Shown: positions 17,768 to 29,600 of the stretch, in pieces
Position numbering within the stretch: position 1 is the stretch's first letter
How the letters are laid out: every line of letters begins with the position of its first letter
From: Candidatus Eiseniibacteriota bacterium
GTDB taxonomy: Bacteria; Eisenbacteria; RBG-16-71-46; CAZAMP01
Direction of reading: 5' to 3'
Length of the DNA: 64,000 bases
Assembly (NCBI GenBank): GCA_965224245.1
Contig: OZ245046.1
Coordinates: forward strand, 2,208,001 to 2,272,000
Translations under genes and position numbers: made by a program
Notes under the pieces: model-generated
What the model was told of the DNA's origin: nothing
Databases searched by the model: none
Seen by the model: only the letters and a program-made list of their open reading frames with translations

Positions 17768-20376
17768 GCGCCGACGAACGCTTCGCCGAGGTCAAGGCGA
17801 TCTTCGATGCCGCGCTCGATCTTCCGGCCTCCGAGCGCACGGCGTTCCTGCGTGAGCGGTGCGGAGCCGACGACGCGCTCCGCCGCGACGTCGAGTCGCT
17901 GCTCGCGTTCGAGGAATCGGGCGACGGGTTCCTCAAGGACGCGCACCGCGGCGCGGGCCCCGCGATGCTGGCCGATGAGATGGCCATCGCATCCGATGCC
18001 AGCATCCCCGATCGGATCGCCCAGTACCGGATCCTGCGCAAGATCGGCGAGGGCGGGATGGGCGTGGTCTACGAGGCCGAGCAGGAGAGCCCGCGACGGC
18101 GCGTCGCGCTCAAGGTGATCCGCTCGGCGTTCCTCACCGACGAGGTCGTCAAGCGCTTTCGCCACGAGGTGCAGCTGCTCGGACAGCTCGACCACGCCGG
18201 CGTGGCCCACATCTACGAGGCGGGCACGGCCACCATTCGGGACAGCTCGTGGCCGTTCTTCGCGATGGAGCTCGTGGACGGTCGCCCCCTCGACCACCAC
18301 GCGACCTCGGTCGGTCTCTCGGTCGAGGAGCGGCTGGAGCTCCTGGCCCGCGTGGCCGATGCCGTCCACCACGCTCACGCGAAGGGCATCGTGCACCGCG
18401 ATCTGAAGCCCGCCAACGTGCTCGTGAAGTCGGTGCGAAGCGACGAGACCACCTCGCCCACCGGAGAGCCGGATCGGATCGGTCAGCCCAAGGTCCTCGA
18501 CTTCGGCGTGGCCAGGGCCACCGACGCCGACATCCAGATCACCACCGTGCAGACACACGCCGGGCAGATCGTGGGGACCCTCGCCTACATGAGCCCCGAG
18601 CAGGTCGAGGGCCGGCGGGACATCGACCGGCGATGCGACGTGTACTCCCTCGGCGTGATCCTGTACGAGCTGCTGGCGGGTCGACGGCCGTTCGACCTGA
18701 CGGGGCGGCCGGTGGCCGAGGCGGCCCGGATGATCGTCGACGACGATCCGACCTCGCTCGGCGACGACGTGCCATCGCTTCGCGGAGACGTGGCCACCAT
18801 CGTGGCCAAGGCGATGGAGAAGGACCGCGCGCGCCGCTACGACTCGACGGCCGAACTCGCCGAGGACATCCGCCGCTTCCTGCGCTCCGAGCCGATCAGC
18901 GCCCGCCCCGCGAGCCGCTCGTATCGCGTACGGCGCTTCGTCCGGCGGAACCGTCCGCTGGTGGCCGGACTCGCTGCCGCGTTCGTGGCGCTCGCCGCGG
19001 GGCTCGTGGCCACGACGGTACTCCTGTTGAAGACGCGCGAGGAGCGGGACGCGAAGGTCGCGGCGCTCGAACGCTCGGACGCGGTGACCGAGTTCCTGTC
19101 GGACATGCTGCTCGCGGCGGACCCCGGCCTCGAGGGCCGTGACGTGACCGTCCTCGAAGTGCTCGACCAGGCGAGCGCGGACGTCGGCGTGCAGTTCGCG
19201 GACCGGCCCGTTCTGGAGTCGGATCTCCGCGGCGTGATCGGCAACACCTACAACTCCCTCGGCGAGTACGCCCGGGCCGACTCGCACCTGACGGTCGCGC
19301 TCGCGCTCGCCACCGAGCACATGAGCCCCGACGACCCGCGCATCTACGAGATCAGCTCGATCCTGGGGGCGGTACGGTACTTCCAAGGGGATTACGAGTC
19401 GGCCCTCGAGTACTTCAACCACCATCTGGACGGATACGAGCGGGGCGCCCTGGAGAGGGACGGGTCCTACTCGGTCACCGTGCAGAACGTCGCGTTCCTG
19501 ACCATGAGCCTCGGGCACCTGGACGACGCGCGCGAGCTGTTTCAGACGGCTCTCGACTACTCCACCGAGCACGACGGTCCGGACGCCGAGGCGACCATCA
19601 CCATCGGCGCGAATCTCGCGATGCTCGAGCATCGCGCGCGGCGCTACGACGAGGCCGAGCGAATCTATCTCGACGCCATCGAGCGCTCGCGCCGGGTGCG
19701 CGGAAACGACCACCCCGAGACGCTTCTGCTGGTGGCCAACCTCGCGTCGCTGTACGGGCGCGTCGGACGGGAGGCCGAGGCGCTCCCGCTGCTCCAGGAG
19801 ACGTTGACCCAGCAGGAGTCGGTGTTCGGCCCCTCGCATTCGAAGACCCTGATCACGCTCGGCAACCTGGCCCAGTCGCTGGCCCGGGTCGGACGGACCG
19901 ACGAGGCGCGCACGCTCGTCGACGACGGGCTCGCGCGCTCGATCGAGGCCTATGGCGAGGGTGAACGCAGCACGCTCTTGATGACGGCCGCCAAGGCCGG
20001 CGTGCTGGATGCGTCGGGCGACCACGAGGGGGCGATCGCGCTCCTCGTCCCGAACCTCGCCGCGGTGCGAGCAACGATGGGCGACGGGTCGGACGCCGCC
20101 CGCCGCGACTGGTTCTCGATCCTGGCCGCCTATCGCGCGCTGGGCCGCGCCGACGACATCATCCGGGTGAGCCGGGAGTACGCCGACGCGATGGCGGCCG
20201 AGTTCGGCGAGGCGCACCCTCGAACGGTGGAGGCCCGGGTCACGCTCGCCCGCGCCTACCGCGACGACGATCGGCCCGAGCTCGCCGAGCGTGAGCTCGC
20301 CACGGCCCGGGCACAGGTCGGTGAGGCCACCGTCGACTCGGTGAACCGAGCGCTCGACGAGCGCCGCCACCGCTGA
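17764..20376 (+). CDS. Membrane Ser/Thr protein kinase with C-terminal TPR repeats
   Basis: IGEGGMGVVY, VALKVI, HRDLKPANV, DFGVA, GTLAYMSPEQ; TM helix; GxDHPxTL-type TPRs; ATGA overlap with the ECF gene. Confidence 0.95.
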   Translation: MSADERFAEVKAIFDAALDLPASERTAFLRERCGADDALRRDVESLLAFEESGDGFLKDAHRGAGPAMLADEMAIASDASIPDRIAQYRILRKIGEGGMGVVYEAEQESPRRRVALKVIRSAFLTDEVVKRFRHEVQLLGQLDHAGVAHIYEAGTATIRDSSWPFFAMELVDGRPLDHHATSVGLSVEERLELLARVADAVHHAHAKGIVHRDLKPANVLVKSVRSDETTSPTGEPDRIGQPKVLDFGVARATDADIQITTVQTHAGQIVGTLAYMSPEQVEGRRDIDRRCDVYSLGVILYELLAGRRPFDLTGRPVAEAARMIVDDDPTSLGDDVPSLRGDVATIVAKAMEKDRARRYDSTAELAEDIRRFLRSEPISARPASRSYRVRRFVRRNRPLVAGLAAAFVALAAGLVATTVLLLKTREERDAKVAALERSDAVTEFLSDMLLAADPGLEGRDVTVLEVLDQASADVGVQFADRPVLESDLRGVIGNTYNSLGEYARADSHLTVALALATEHMSPDDPRIYEISSILGAVRYFQGDYESALEYFNHHLDGYERGALERDGSYSVTVQNVAFLTMSLGHLDDARELFQTALDYSTEHDGPDAEATITIGANLAMLEHRARRYDEAERIYLDAIERSRRVRGNDHPETLLLVANLASLYGRVGREAEALPLLQETLTQQESVFGPSHSKTLITLGNLAQSLARVGRTDEARTLVDDGLARSIEAYGEGERSTLLMTAAKAGVLDASGDHEGAIALLVPNLAAVRATMGDGSDAARRDWFSILAAYRALGRADDIIRVSREYADAMAAEFGEAHPRTVEARVTLARAYRDDDRPELAERELATARAQVGEATVDSVNRALDERRHR

Positions 20377-20629
20377 CGTCCAACGCCACTCGCCGGTCGC
20401 CCCACACAACCGAATTCTCCAAAACACCTTACGCGATTCGAAGCCCACCGCGGTCGAGCCTGATCGATCGTCGATCGACTTTTTTGGCCACTCGCTCCGG
20501 GAAACGTCGTGAACCGGGAGACGACCCGGGCCAGCCCGCCCGGATTCTCCCACGGCAGCGACACCGGCCCCGCCCGACGCGACCTCGAGGCCGCGAACCC
20601 CGGACGGGACCGGACCAGGAGGGAACACG

Positions 20630-23600
20630 ATGTTGGTACCGCACCGGATCCGGACCGGGCCCGCGCTCATCGCCGGCCTCGCCGGGCTCCTGATCGCGGC
20701 CGCCGCAGAGGCGGCCCCACGCTCGATGGCCGAGGTCCCCGAGGAGCTCCGGCCCTACTTCGAGGAGGTGGAGACGCCCGAAGGCACGTCCGCCGAGTTC
20801 CGCAGCGCGGCGGCGTTCGCGGTCAGCGCGACGTCGGGGGTCTACGAGGATCGCGTCGAGGTCACGTGGACCGCCGCGCCCGATCTCGACGTGTACTTCG
20901 TGGTCTCGCGCGACGGTGAGGATCTCACCTGGCTGTCCTCTCAGGATTCCGTGTACGCCGATACCGACACCGAGCCACTGCGCTCACACGACTACGCCGT
21001 GGTCATGGTCCACCTCGACTTCGGTCCCATCGAGGTGGGTCGCGACACCGGGTACATCGGCTTCTTCGCCCCCGCCAATCTCGTGGCCACCGACTATACC
21101 GACCTGACCGGAGTGTCCCTCACCTGGGAGGACCGCTCCTCCATCGAGCACGGCTATCTCGTACGCCGGGACGGCGTGATCATCGATTCGCTCGCCGCCG
21201 ACACCGGCATGTATCACGATGCGACCGCCGACCCCCTGGCCACCGCGGAGTGGTGCGTGACCGCGTATCGCACCGACGGCACCGAGACCGCCCAGCTCGG
21301 CTCGGTGAGCACGGGCTCGTCGCCATACCGCGTGGCGGTCGAGGACTGGCCGGCATCGTTCGGTGAGGGGAGCCCCGGCGTCTACGCGTTCACGGTGGAT
21401 AGCGCCGGGTTCAACGTGTTCGACGTCGTCGATCCCACGAACCCCGTCCACATGGGCTCGGCCGCCGTCCCCGGCGTGGACGTGGCCCAGGGCGCCGACG
21501 ACTTCGGCTACGTCGTCGACGGCGCCGGCATGCTGACCGTACTCCACGTCTACGACCCGATGGCACCGGCCGTGTTCGCCACCGAGATGACGCCGGGCGA
21601 TGCCCTGGGCGTCGTGGCCATCGCACCCCCGGGGGAGGTCGGAACGGAGTACGTCGCGGTTGCCGACGGCAGCGCCGGCGTGAGCTTCTTCTATGTGGGC
21701 AAGGGATCCTCGTTCCTGACCCAGACCGTGCCGACGTTCGGCAGCGCAAACGCGGTCTACCAGCACCACGGTCTTCTGTACGTGGCCGACGGCATGGGCG
21801 GCGTCACCATCATCGACGTCAGCGATCTCAACTTCGCGGGACCGTCGATCGTGGGCAACCTCGGACTCTTCGACATCGTCGACGTCGCCGTCTACGGCGA
21901 GCGCGGCGTGGCCATCGACGGCGGCGGCGCGGTGACCGTCATCGACGTCTCCGATCCGACCAGCCCATCTGTCGTCATTACCACCGTCGGGCCGGCGGAC
22001 GACGTCGAGATGTACGGTACGCGCGCCTTCGTCAAGGGGGCGGGCACGGGGCTGCGGATCATCGAGACCGCGGGCGGCGTCGAGGTCAGCACGCTGCCCA
22101 CGGCGTACGAGGTGCAGGGCTTCTCGCGTCTGGGCGACCTCCTGTACGTCGCAACCGGAGACGGCCTGTCCGGTGAGCTCCTGGTGTTCGACCTGCCGTT
22201 CGCGGTGACCTCGGGGTCGACGTGCGACCTCGGCGTCGCGGGCACGATCGAGCCTCCCTCTGACATCTCGGCCACCTACGGCCGCCATCTCGACCGCACC
22301 GTCATCAGCTGGACCGACAACTCCGAGATCGAGCTGGGCTTCAGGGTCCAGAGCGCCGACCTGGTCGTCGACGTGGACCTGCCGCCCGACACCGAGAGCT
22401 ACGAGGACTTCGCCCCCAGCGGTGGTGCGGAGCGTGAGTACGCCGTGTACGCGCTCGATCCCGACGGGAACCCGGTCCTGGGCGGCACGGCCACCGGAAT
22501 CTTCGGAGGCGGCTTCCTGCCCGCCCCCACCGGCGTCCTGGCCTCCGACCTCGAGGACTCCGACGAGTACGTCCGCGTGACCTGGAACGACACCGACGAC
22601 GAGGATTCCTACGTCATCTACCGCAAGCTCATCGACTTCCCCGGCGATCCGGACAGCGTGGGCGTGGTGAGCGCCGGCGTCACGACGTTCGACGACACCA
22701 CGGTTCCGGCGGAGATGCAGTACGACTACACCGTCGTGGCCCGTACCGACGACGGCGGTTACTCCGTGCACAGCGACGCCGATGCCGGCGAGCGCGAGGA
22801 CATTCTGCCTCCGGCCAACGTCAGCGCCACCGACGGCGACCACGAGACCCACACCACGATCACCTGGGAGAACCGCTCGGCGAAGACGGTGCTCTTTCGG
22901 ATCCTCCGAGATGGCGCGCCCATCCAGACCGTGACCGGCACCGCGACCTCGACCGAGGATCCCCTCGGCGTCCCGGGCCAGGAGTACATCTACCGCGTCG
23001 AAGCGGTCTCCGCGACCGGCATCGCGTCGGGTCACGAGGACCTCGGCTCGCGCGTGCTGATCGCGCCCACGAACGTCTCGGCCGAGGACGGCGTGGCCGA
23101 GAACCGGATCCGGATCGACTGGCAGGACCACTCGAGTGCGGAGTCGGGATACCGGATCTACCGGGACGCCGTGCCGATCGCCACCGTGGGCGAGAATCGC
23201 ACGACGTACACCGACCTGACGGCCGTCCCCGGCACGTCGCACACGTACGACGTGGCGGCCTACGACGCGCTCGGAGAGTCGGAGTACGGCACCGACACCG
23301 GATTCCGGAACCTCGTCCCACCGGCCAACCTCTCGGCCTCGGACGGCACGTCGGAGACCGAGGTCATTCTGACCTGGGACGACGTGTCGGGGGCCGAGAC
23401 CGGCTACCAGATCCGGCGCGACGGCGTGCTGATCGGGAGCACCAGCGCCTCCACCTTCATCGACCTCGGAGGGAGCCTCGGGACGACGTACTCGTATGCG
23501 GTGGTCGCGTTCGACGCGTACGGAAGCTCCGACGAAGCGACGGACGACGGCTACACGGCCATCCTCGCGCCCGGATCGCTGTCGGCGAGTACGACCTACT

Positions 23601-26600
23601 CCGACCGCATCGTCCTCAGCTGGACCGACGAGTCCGATCTCGCCGACGAGTACCGGATCTACCGGGACGGCTTGCTGCTCGCCACCCTCGGCGGCAACTC
23701 CATCTACTACGAGGACACTGGCCCGCCGTCGTCGGACGTCACGTACACCTACTGCGTGACCTCCCACGACAACCCGACCGGCGCCGAGGCCACGGCGTGT
23801 GCGGACGGCATCATGCCGTCGACCGCGCTCACCTTCGGCACGATGGCCGTCGCCGCATCGAGCGGCGACTACGACAACCGCGTCCGGGTCGAGTGGACGA
23901 GCGGCGACCCCGGTGGCCTCGACGAGTTCGAGATCTACCGGGACGGCCAGAAGATCGAGACCGTCGGCGCCACGGCGTCGTCCTACAACGACTTCGACGC
24001 AGTGCCGGGCGCCGCGCACCGCTATGGCGTGGCCGGCGTGAACTCGTCGGGCACGTTCCTCGAGTCGGGTGAGGATCCGGGCTGGATCCCCGCCGACGGC
24101 GCGATCAACGGACGCATCACCACGCGGGCCGGCTCGCCGGTCGACGGCGTGGACGTGTGCCTGACCCCGTCGCTCGGACAGGCCATCTCGCTCGACGGTC
24201 GCGAGGGCCACGCAGAGATGCCGTCGCGGTCCGACCTGATCGAGGCCTTCACGGTCGAGTACTGGATGAAGAGCAGCGAGACGAGCCTCGGCGGCTCGGT
24301 CTTCTCGTACGCGACCTCGGCCTACGCCGACCAGGTGGTCATCCGCCGGCAGACGAGCGGTAACCCGTTCGCCGTCACCATCCGCGGCATCACCGCGAGC
24401 TACGACGTGGATCCGTATGACGGGGACTGGCACCACGTCGCGGTGGCCTGGGACGGCACGGCCAATGGCGCGGGCCCGAACCTCTGGGTCTACATCGACG
24501 GCGTGCTGGAGGGCCAGGGCTCGTTCCACGACGGTGCGGTCCTGAACTCCCCCGGCACCACGATGTTGGGACAGAACCACAACTTCGACGGCTCGCTGGT
24601 GGCGGGAACCGCCTATCGCGGCCTCCTCGACGAGGTCCGGGTGTGGAACGTCGCGCGGCCCCAGGACGACGTCGTCGCCGACATGGACCGGTCGCTCACG
24701 GGTACCGAGGACGGTCTCGTCTACTTCTGGCCGATGAGCGAGGGTGGCGGCACGGCCATCGCCGACCTGACCGGCAACGGCGTCGACGGTGCGCTCGAAG
24801 GCGACGTCGACTGGACGACGGCGGCCGCCCCGCTGACCGTCTGCGCCGCTTCGGATCTCGACGGCAACTACGCCCTGACCGGGATCCGCTACGGCGCGGC
24901 CACCGACTTCCGGGTCACGCCGTCGGGTGACGGTCGTGCGTTCGACCCGGCGTTCACGAACATCACGCTCGACACGCAGAGCCCGGTCGCGAACGAGATC
25001 AACTTCAACGACGTCTCGGCGTTCACGCTGAGCGGACTCATCTCCTACGACCTGGCCTCCTCGTGCGGGCAGCCGGACGTGCCGCTGTACGTGGACGACG
25101 TGCTCGTGGGGACCTCGCGCGCCGACGGGACGTTCGCGGTGACGGTGCAGCCAGGCGACCACGTCCTGGAGCCACGACTGGACGGACACACGTTCGACCC
25201 CGCCACCTACGAGGTGAGCGTCAGCGCAGGCCTGGCCGGTCTCGACTTCTCGAACACGACCACGCGTACGCTCACCGGGCGAATTGGTGGCGGCTGCGAC
25301 GCCTCCATCGGCGAGTGGCGCTTCGATCTCGCGACCGAGAACGGGTGCTTCGCCACCACGATCCAGGCCGACGGCGCGTTCGAGCTCCAGCTTCCGCCGT
25401 TGCCGCTGGTGGCCACGGTGGATCAACTGACCGGCGTGGTACCGCCGCCCCTCGACGAGGCGGACGTCCTCCAGTTCTTCCAGAACGTGGGCTCGTACGA
25501 CGTCGACCTGACGTCGGGTGACCAGGATCTCGAGCTCGTCTACAAGGCGCCGCTCACGATGCAGGTGACGGGCTTCCCCGCGGCGTGCGGCGAGTTCTAC
25601 GACCCCGAGAGCGGCGTGACCGCGACCGCGGCACCCGTCATCGCACAGCTCACCTCGGTGCCGCTGACCATCAACGTGTTCGAGGACTACGGCACCGTGC
25701 AGTGCCCGGTGGACTCGGGAACGGTGACCATCTACGACGAGATCAAGGACGTGGCGGACACGCCGGTCGTGCTCGCCATCGTCGACGGCGTGGCCAGCTA
25801 CACCACGATCGGCAACAAGCCCAACGTGAGCCCCGGCCGGCGGGACGCACAGGGCAACGACCGCTCGTTCCAGAAGGCGATCACGTTCGCCGCCGAGGTC
25901 ACGGGACAGCCCGCGCTCGTGCAGACGAAGTGGGCGCTCGTCACCGGTGACCGGCCGCGGACGGGGACGTTCGTGACCGCCACCAGCGAGGAGATCCCGC
26001 TCTTGATCCTGCGTGACCCGCCCGGGGACGGCTCGGTGTCGACGCTCGAGCAGGAGACCACCTACAGCTACAACCTGGGCGGCATGATCCTCCGCTCGAT
26101 CACGGGCTCGATCGAGACCGCGATCAAGGCCGGGTTCGAGTTCGAGGCGGGGACGCTGTTCTTCTCCACCGAGAACGAGGTCGAGGTCGAGACCAGCCGC
26201 GGCTTCGAGATCGGCGCCTCGGCCAGCGCCTCGGGCGACCTGGAGTTCACGGTGACCACCACCGAGGAGTTCTCGACCTCCGACGAGCAGGTGTTCGTGG
26301 GACCCGACGCCGATCTGATCCTCGGCGTGGCCATGAACCTCCTGTTCGCCAAGACCGACGTGCTCGAAGTGGATCCGGCCACCTGCCAGATCCAGCGCTC
26401 GCAGACGGTGCGCTTCGGTGCGGACGCCGACAAGCCGTTCGAGACCGTGTACCTGTACACGACGTCCCACATCGCGAACGTGGTCATGCCGCAGCTCGAG
26501 GATCTGGCCGAGCTGGAGCCGGATCGCGCGTTCGAGTTCCTGAGCTACCGGGACAACTGGCAGGATCACCTGGATCTGAACGACGCGCTCCGTACCGAGG

Positions 26601-29600
26601 CGCTGGAGAACCCGACCGCGAACCGCACGTTCAGCGCGGGCGCCGAGTACGCGTACAGCCACACCACCACCAACACCCAGTCGTACGCGTGGGAGGTGAA
26701 CGTCTACACCGAGGACACGTTCTCGACCCAGATCGGGTTCGAGATCGCGGGCAGCGGCGCCACGACGACGCTGACGGCGGCGTTCCGATCGGAGCTCTCG
26801 CTGGGTGGCGGCGGCTCGACCGAGGAGTCGATCACGGTGGGCTACTCGCTCGCCGACGACGACCCGGGCGACTCGTTCACGTTCGACGTGGCCAACGATC
26901 CCCTGTACGGAACGCCGGTGTTCGGCGTCCGGAGCGGGCGGAGCTCGTGTCCCCTCGAGGCCGGCACGCAGGAGCGTGACGCGGTGTCGATGAACATCGA
27001 GCCTCCGTTCGTGGAGGCGCCCGACGGCGGCGTGGCCGAGTACGTGCTCTCGATCACGAACGACAGCCCGTCCGACGACGCGCGCGAGTACCAGCTCCGC
27101 GCCATCCAGACCTCCAACCCGGGCGGCGCGGTGATCCGCGTCAACGGCTCGCCGCTCGACAACTCGGTGTCGTTCTTCATCGATCCGGGCCAGACCCACA
27201 ACGCGACCCTCACCGTGGAGCGCGGCCCGTCGCAGTACTTCTACGAGGACCTCCAGGTGCAGGTCGTGGCTCCGTGCGAGTACGAGCTCTGGGAGGCCGG
27301 CGGCACGCTGGCCGTGGCGGACACGGTCAAGTTCAGCGTGGCCTTCGACTCCCCATGCTCGAACATCTCGCTGATCTCGCCGTCGTCGGGCTGGTCGTTC
27401 GACCTGGCCGAGTCCGCGGCCACGAGCGACACGCTGAGCCTCCTCCTCGACAACTTCGAGCTCGCGATCTCCGAGACCGACTCGATCCAGTCGGTGGGCG
27501 CGGAGTACCGGCGGGTCGACACCGACACCTGGTTCATCATCGACGAGGTGGCCGCGGCCGACGTTCCGGTGTACCCGGGCGGTCACGCGCTCGAGGGCGA
27601 GCCCAAGAGCGTGTCGATCCCCTGGGACGTCTCGGGCGTCGTGGACGGCCAGTACGAGGTGCGCGCGTTCACGCGCTGTGAGGGCGGACGCGTGTCGAGC
27701 TTCGCGGCCACCGGCCGCATCGACCGGGCGGCGCCGCAGCTCTTCGGCGATCCGTACCCGGCCGACCTCGTGTTCTCGCTGGGTGATCGGATGGGCTTTC
27801 GGTTCGACGAGGCCATCGACTGCGAGACCGTGAACGCGACCTCGATGACGCTGGAGGTGGTCGAGGCCGGCGGCGACACGCCGGTCGCCGTCCAGACCAC
27901 GTGTAGCGGCAAGACGATCCTGATCACGCCGACGAACCCGACCATCGGCGAGCTCGAGGGCAAGACGCTGCGGGCCACCGCCCGCGCCACGCTGGCCGAC
28001 CTCGCGGGCAACCCGCTGGGGACCGACCAGACGTGGACGTTCACGGTCGCGCAGAGCGCGTTCGCGTGGCGCGACGCCTCGGTGTTCGAGGCCGTCCCCT
28101 ACCGCGCCGGCGGCACCGTCGACGCGTCGCTCGTGAACGGCCTCGAGGACGACCGACCGTACGAGCTCCGGAACGTGGCCGAGTGGCTGACCCCGGATGC
28201 GCCGGCGGGAACCGTGGTCGCGGGTCAGGAGTCGCTGGTCAGCTTCTCGATCGCCGACTCGCTCCAGGTGAGCACGACCTACACGGACACGCTGGAGGCG
28301 GTCTCGCCGAGCATCGCCGATCCCCAGATCGTGACCCAGCTCATCGTCCGCGTGGACGTGGGCTGCGTGACGCCCCAGTGGGAGATGACGGCCAGCGGCT
28401 TCGAGTACTCGATGACCGCCGTCGTGGAGCTCGTGATCGACTCGCAGATCTCCGACGACGGGAACGATCTCGTGGCCGCGTTCGTGGGCGGCGAGCTCCG
28501 GGGACTCGGAAGCCCCGTGTACGTGCCCGGCCTGGATCGACACCTCGTGTTCATGAACGTCTTCTCGAACCGCGCCGCGGGCGAGAACGTGAGGTTCCGG
28601 ATCTACGACGACTCGGACTGCCGGCTCTACCCGTCGGCGGACAACTTCCTCCGCTTCGAGTCCGATCGCCGTCACGGCACGCCGGAGACGCCGATCGTGC
28701 TCGCGGCGGTCGAGTCGCTTCCGTCCGACATCCAGGCCATCCCCGTGGGACCGGGCTGGACCTGGTTCTCGCTGAACCTGTTCGACGACCTCGACATGAC
28801 GGTGGTGTCGATCCTGGGCGACCTCAACGCCACCGACGGCGACGTCATCAAGTCGCAGGCCGGCTTCGCGCAGTACGACGACGGTCTCGGCTGGACGGGC
28901 TCGCTCACCGAGCTCGACGTGATGCGGAGCTTCGCGATCGACGTGGCCGAGTCGGGCACGATCCTCCACGTGGGCGATCCGGCCCAGGCCGACATCCCGA
29001 TCGCGATCGTGGACGGCTGGAACTGGGTGGGCTACCCCGCCGCGACCGGCCAGGACGTGGACACCGCGCTCTCGAACCTCGTGGCCACCGACGGCGACGT
29101 GATCAAGAGCCAGTACGGGTTCGCGGAGTACGTGGCCAGCCTCGGCAGCTGGGTGGGCACGCTGACCACGATGGAACCCGGCCTCGGCTACAAGCTCCAC
29201 GTGGACGACGCGCTCCTGTCCGGCGGGTGGCTCATCTACCCGATCCCGACCGCGCCGGTGGCGCGTCCGTTCGCGGCGGTGCCGACGGTGTCGATCTCCT
29301 CGAACGGCGCGACGGCGTCCAAGGAATCGAAGGGATCGACGGCATCCGCAGCGTCCGCGGCGTCCACCGCTTCGACCGGGATCACCGTTCGTCCGGCCGG
29401 CGGCGACGTCGCGAAGGCCGGGGCGCATCTCGACACCGGAAGCCGTCCCGACTGGCGACTCACCGAGGGACGCCAGTTCAACATGACGATCGTGGCCCGG
29501 GTCTCGATCGACGACGCCGTGGTCGACACCGAGGGCGGCGTCGTCGGCGCGTTCGTCGGCGACGAGCTCCGCGGCGTGGGCGAGGTCCAGTACGTGTACG

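Noticed and set aside
17527-20670. 1047-aa minus-strand ORF
   Set aside because: Shadow of the Ser/Thr kinase gene
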